From Anaerolineales bacterium (lineage in GTDB: Bacteria; Chloroflexota; Anaerolineae; Anaerolineales; UBA6663), in contig DATDRS010000172.1 of assembly GCA_035291605.1 (NCBI GenBank), positions 1 to 58,579 of the forward strand: a DNA stretch of 58,579 bases, given 5' to 3'. Each line of letters begins with the position of its first letter. The stretch's first letter is position 1. Below, piece by piece: positions 54,613-58,579 of this stretch. Under the pieces are notes generated by a model, which saw only the letters and a program-made list of their open reading frames with translations, was not told the DNA's origin and did not search any database. The translations under genes and the position numbers were made by a program.

Positions 54613-56052
54613 ATGTCCGCCATTGCCTTCAATCAGGCGCCGCAGATCATCGGGGCCGTCGCCTACGTCGTCCTCATCCCGCGCACCCTGGGCGCTGACC
54701 TGTATGGGCAATTCGCGTTTGTCTTCGCCGTTTTTGCCGTCTTCCACATGCTGGGCGAACTGGGCTATCAGGAGGTCTTCAGCCGCTTTCTGCCCGAAGT
54801 GCGCCATCGCTCCGGCGAGGCCGGTATCCGCGCCATGGTCCGGGCGTTATTCGGGGTCAAACTTCTCGTCGGACTGGGGCTGGGGTTGGCAGCCGGGTTG
54901 GCCGCGCGCCTGCTGGGCGGCTGGATAACGCCGTGGCAGGCCGCGTTGATCGGGCTTTCGGTCACGGCGCGCGTGTGGACGATGGCTGCGTTTCCGCTCC
55001 TGCTTGGTCTCGGTGAGACGCTCAAGTGGACAGTGGAGGGGTCGTGGCGGCAAGTCGCCCTCACCCTCTTGCTTCTCGCTATCGTCCAGGCGCCATCCCT
55101 CACGCAGGTGCTGATCGCCATGGCGGTGGACGAAATCTTTTTTCTGCTGTTAGGGTGGTGGTGGGTGCGGGGCTGGCTTGGAAGTGGAAAACCAGAAGTC
55201 ATGAGTCAGTCGTCTGAGCCTCCGGTCTCTGACCTCCGGCCTCCGACTTCTGCTCTCTTGCGCTTCGGGTTCACTTTCTCCCTGGCCAACTTTGCGCTGG
55301 CCCTCATGTTTCGCGCGGCTCCGATTGTCGTCGAGAAACTCACCGCCTCGCATCTGGAAGTTGGGTTCTTTGATCTGGCCCAGGGCGGGCTTCTGCTACT
55401 GTACATTCTGCTCGGCCAGGTGGCCTACTCCTTTATGCCTCTTCTGACTCAACTGCGGCTCGAGGGCCGCCCGGCGGAGGTGGACCTGTGGCTGGGGCGC
55501 TTCGTGCGTTATGCCGGCATCCTGGTCGCGCTCGCCGCCGGGGGGATGTGGGCGGTGGCCGGGCCGATTGCGCCGTTCCTGTTTGGCGCGGGCTTTGCGC
55601 CGGCGGCGAACACCATTCGGGCGGTAGCGGTTGGGCTGCTGCCGCTGCCGGTGGCGTGGGCCTCAGTGATCTTGAGCGCAGTCGAGAAACGCCCGACCCA
55701 CATGGTCCGCGCTGCGCTCGCGGGGTTGGTGATCTTTCTGACGGGAGCGGCCGCCCTTCGGGTATACGCCTCCACCGGGATCGCGTTCGCGTTCGGGTTG
55801 GCGCTCGCGGGCTATGCGGTTGGATTCGGGAAAAATGCGGCGCGCGCCGTCCGAGCGGGCGGGGGGCGGTGGGGAATCACCGTTGGCGCCGCCGGCATTT
55901 TCCTCATCTTTCTTTTCCTCCCCTTACCGTCGCTCTGGTTGGCGTTGGGTTTCTGGGCCGCGGCCGCCGCCGTGTATACGCTTGCCATTTTGGGCTTGCG
56001 CGTCATCGCGTTCGACGAGATCAGGCAGATTGTGCGCGCGCTGCGCCGCTGA
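54613..56052 (+). CDS. polysaccharide/oligosaccharide flippase (Wzx-like, MOP superfamily)
   Basis: Trimmed to the ATG at 54613. 479 aa with about 12-14 TM helices and an N-terminus 'FNQAPQIIGAVAYVVLIPRTLGADLYGQFAF', typical of polysaccharide biosynthesis protein families. Confidence 0.6.
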   Translation: MSAIAFNQAPQIIGAVAYVVLIPRTLGADLYGQFAFVFAVFAVFHMLGELGYQEVFSRFLPEVRHRSGEAGIRAMVRALFGVKLLVGLGLGLAAGLAARLLGGWITPWQAALIGLSVTARVWTMAAFPLLLGLGETLKWTVEGSWRQVALTLLLLAIVQAPSLTQVLIAMAVDEIFFLLLGWWWVRGWLGSGKPEVMSQSSEPPVSDLRPPTSALLRFGFTFSLANFALALMFRAAPIVVEKLTASHLEVGFFDLAQGGLLLLYILLGQVAYSFMPLLTQLRLEGRPAEVDLWLGRFVRYAGILVALAAGGMWAVAGPIAPFLFGAGFAPAANTIRAVAVGLLPLPVAWASVILSAVEKRPTHMVRAALAGLVIFLTGAAALRVYASTGIAFAFGLALAGYAVGFGKNAARAVRAGGGRWGITVGAAGIFLIFLFLPLPSLWLALGFWAAAAAVYTLAILGLRVIAFDEIRQIVRALRR

Positions 56053-56095
56053 GATATAATCCGGCCACCGATCCGCCCGCCTTTGACTCGCTGCC

Positions 56096-57970
56096 ATGAC
56101 TTACACGCCACTCCCGCTCAACCGACTCTATCTATCCTACGCGCACTCCGATCCGACGTTTGGCGAGACGCCTGAGACCATTTTTTACGTCCGGCTGGCC
56201 GACGGGCGGCGCAGTATCATTCGTCAGTCCACCGTCACCGGGCTGGCACAGACGCTCACGACCGAGCCGATGCCGCGGGGAGGTGTGGGTTATGGCGGAG
56301 GGATTTATGCCGTGCGGGGTGATGTGCTGATGTATGCCGCCAAGGGCGGCACACTGCAAGGCATTGACTTGACCACGGGCGAACAATGGGCCGTTACTCC
56401 GGTCTACGAGGGCGTGGCCGCCCCAGCCATTTCGCCGTGCGGCAAATTCGTCGCGTTCCTGGGCGAGCAAGATGGAAAGTGCAACGTCCTGCTGACTGAG
56501 GTGCGCGGCCAGGCTTTGCCCATCAAGCTTTCGCGTGATCCGTGGTATGCCTTCAACCCGGCTTTCTCGCCGGATGGCTGCCTCATCGCGTGGCAGGAAT
56601 GGGAGGAGTTCGATATGCCGTGGGACGAGGCGCGACTGATTATCGCCCGCTTTGCCAAAGCGACCGGCGAGTGCGCGTCCAGTCACGAATTGCTGCCGTT
56701 GGAGATGGCAAACACGCTGGCGAAGCCGCACGTAAGCTATGCTTCGCCGCAGTTCAGTCCGGATAGCCAATACTTGGCGTATACGAGCGACGAAACGGGC
56801 TGGCGCTCGCTCTGGGTGGCTCGCGCCGATGGGACCAGGCCGACGCGCGTGAACACGGGCGAGGGCGAGATCGGGGGTCCTGACTGGGCCCCCAGCCTGA
56901 TCGCCATGCGCTGGAGCGGCGATGGCAAGACGATTTACACCGTGCGCCGCAAATGGAGCCAGGATTACCTCTTCCGCGTAGCGTGGCCGGAGAACAAAGC
57001 GGCTGAAATCCAGACCAACTGGACCGAGATGGATGCCCTGCACGTCCGCGGCGACCACCTGATTTTCGTCGGCGCCAATCCTTCCATGCCGCACGCCATC
57101 ATCACTTTCGATCCCAAAATCAGCAAAGAAGCCGCGCGGGCGACGAACAGCGTCGGACTGATTGATTCGGCCTCGCTCTCGGAGCCGGAAGTAATCTCCT
57201 GGGAGACCGTCGGCAAGATACAGACCTGGGGAATCTATTACCCGGCGGCGGGGCCGGAGGCCGGCCAGAATCCGCGTCCGCTCATCGTCCACATTCACGG
57301 CGGCCCGACGTCCGAAGTGCCTTTCACGTGGTATCCGCAGGCGCAGTACTTCGCCACGCGCGGCTGGCATTATTTGCTGGTCAACCATCGCGGCGGCACG
57401 GGGTATGGCCGGGCTTATCAGGATATGCTCAATGGCCAATGGGGCGTGGTGGATGTCGAGGACGCGCGCACGGGCGCAGAGCATCTCATCAACGTCGGGC
57501 TGGTGGATCCGAAGCGTTTAGTGGTCACTGGCGGCAGCGCCGGCGGCTACACGACGCTGATGGCGCTCACACACGACCCAGACTTCTGGACCGCGGGCGT
57601 GTCGTTATTTGGCATCGGCGATATGTACGAACTCAGGCAGGGAGCGCACCGGTTTGAAGTGAACTACGAGGTCGGAAGCCTGATCGGCAAATTGCCTGAG
57701 ACCGGGCCGCTGTGGAAAGAACGCTCACCCCTTTCGCATGTTCGGAACGTCCGTGCGCCCGTCCTGCTCTTTCACGGCAAAGAGGACAAGGCGGTGCCCT
57801 ACCAGCAGTCGGTGGATTTTGCCGAAGCAGTCAAGCGGCTAGGCGGCGTCGCAGAACTGGTGCTGTACGACGACGAAGGACATGGTTTTGTGAAGGAAGC
57901 CAATCGCCGCGACGTGATTGAGCGGATGGATAAGTTCCTGGACAAGTACGTCTTGTGTTTGCAGAGGTGA
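56096..57970 (+). CDS. S9-family serine peptidase (prolyl oligopeptidase/acylaminoacyl peptidase) with beta-propeller
   Basis: 624 aa. TolB-like propeller repeats ('PAFSPDG', 'PQFSPDS'). Catalytic 'GGSAGGY', with Asp and His in 'DKAVP' and 'DEGHGF'. Confidence 0.85.
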   Translation: MTYTPLPLNRLYLSYAHSDPTFGETPETIFYVRLADGRRSIIRQSTVTGLAQTLTTEPMPRGGVGYGGGIYAVRGDVLMYAAKGGTLQGIDLTTGEQWAVTPVYEGVAAPAISPCGKFVAFLGEQDGKCNVLLTEVRGQALPIKLSRDPWYAFNPAFSPDGCLIAWQEWEEFDMPWDEARLIIARFAKATGECASSHELLPLEMANTLAKPHVSYASPQFSPDSQYLAYTSDETGWRSLWVARADGTRPTRVNTGEGEIGGPDWAPSLIAMRWSGDGKTIYTVRRKWSQDYLFRVAWPENKAAEIQTNWTEMDALHVRGDHLIFVGANPSMPHAIITFDPKISKEAARATNSVGLIDSASLSEPEVISWETVGKIQTWGIYYPAAGPEAGQNPRPLIVHIHGGPTSEVPFTWYPQAQYFATRGWHYLLVNHRGGTGYGRAYQDMLNGQWGVVDVEDARTGAEHLINVGLVDPKRLVVTGGSAGGYTTLMALTHDPDFWTAGVSLFGIGDMYELRQGAHRFEVNYEVGSLIGKLPETGPLWKERSPLSHVRNVRAPVLLFHGKEDKAVPYQQSVDFAEAVKRLGGVAELVLYDDEGHGFVKEANRRDVIERMDKFLDKYVLCLQR

Positions 57971-58579
57971 TCCTCGAAAAATGGCATTCTCCCCTCGGCG
58001 GCGAGTTCGTGACCGTGCCGGCCGGGCCGTTCATCTACGGGCCGGAGGAGACTTACGAGCGGCTGGCCCAGGCCCCGCCGCCCAGACCGCGCCAGACTAT
58101 CGAACTTGACGCGTTCCTCATCGCCGCCCGACCTGTGACTTACGCCGAGTGGAAATCGTTTTTGGACGAGACCGGCTTCCATTGGGGCGGGCGGTGGTGG
58201 GCAATTCGAAATGATCCGCGGTCAGGAGTTCCTTTCGGGGGACGGCGATACGCAACCGTCAAAGACTATCCCCCGGAGATGGCGAACTATCCGATAGTGG
58301 ACGTGAGCCAGGCCGAGGCGCTGACCTATTGTGAGTGGCTGTCGAAGAAAATCGGGCGCAAATGCGGGCTGCCGACGGAATTTCAATGGGAAAAGGCCGC
58401 GCGGGGTGCGGATGGCCGGACTTACCCTTGGGGCGAGACAAGGCCGAGGCCCGAAATTCAGTGGCAGCGGCGATTCCCGGTCGGGCCGGAGACCTATCTC
58501 TTCAGCCTGTTTGTCAAGCCCCGGCGCGAATGGGCGCGGGCCGGATGGTACTGGCGCAACGGGACGCCCGTGCCGGCTG
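57967..58579 (+). CDS. formylglycine-generating enzyme (SUMF1/FGE-sulfatase) family protein, 3'-truncated by window end
   Basis: Open frame from the GTG at 57967 (GTGA overlap with the S9 stop) to the window end. Contains '[11 protein letters not shown]', '[16 protein letters not shown]', '[22 protein letters not shown]'. Not in the ORF track because no stop is reached. Confidence 0.75.
   Translation, partial: MILEKWHSPLGGEFVTVPAGPFIYGPEETYERLAQAPPPRPRQTIELDAFLIAARPVTYAEWKSFLDETGFHWGGRWWAIRNDPRSGVPFGGRRYATVKDYPPEMANYPIVDVSQAEALTYCEWLSKKIGRKCGLPTEFQWEKAARGADGRTYPWGETRPRPEIQWQRRFPVGPETYLFSLFVKPRREWARAGWYWRNGTPVPA

Overview
High-G+C bacterial chromosomal window. Hand counts of single 60-nt lines give about 70% G+C in core genes. 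Gene content (Ni-CODH/ACS, many GT-C-type membrane glycosyltransferases, EF-P with a KPGRG loop) suggests a Chloroflexota-like organism, but this is a guess by eye. Most of the window is ordinary.

Layout:
- (i) 2.7-17.4 kb: a co-directional minus-strand block. It holds MoxR-DUF58-spermidine-synthase-like-TIGR01906 genes, then a translationally coupled six-gene envelope-glycosylation operon. That operon contains a GT2 polyprenol-phosphate sugar synthase and a tandemly duplicated two-gene module (unknown polytopic protein + YfhO-like GT-C).
- (ii) 24.8-38.2 kb: housekeeping and carbohydrate genes (efp, exonuclease-DinG, GH13, GH1, M20, tRNA-Ser).
- (iii) 38.3-43.5 kb: DUF166-cooS-acsB.
- (iv) 46-58.6 kb: tandem GH-clan-A-like exported paralogs, a GT-C protein, pyrG, a flippase cluster, an S9 peptidase and a partial FGE-family gene.

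The clearly accessory part is 17.5-23.6 kb:
- a membrane-anchored NACHT-HEAT STAND NTPase;
- a toxin-first PIN pair;
- remnants of a DUF433/DUF5615 pair;
- a visibly low-G+C insert of about 1.9 kb. It carries an intact stand-alone Abi/UG (DRT)-like reverse transcriptase with an all-helical C-terminal domain. A truncated SMC/ABC-type P-loop fragment follows it directly.

This RT island is my best candidate for an undescribed or unclassified system.

A second, cross-cutting signal is a set of degenerate heptanucleotide tandem arrays (period 7, STRR-like). They occur in intergenic spacers, where inverted arrays form long hairpins, and in frame inside at least three membrane-protein genes.

All calls are made by eye from the ORF track and the sequence. 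No searches were run.
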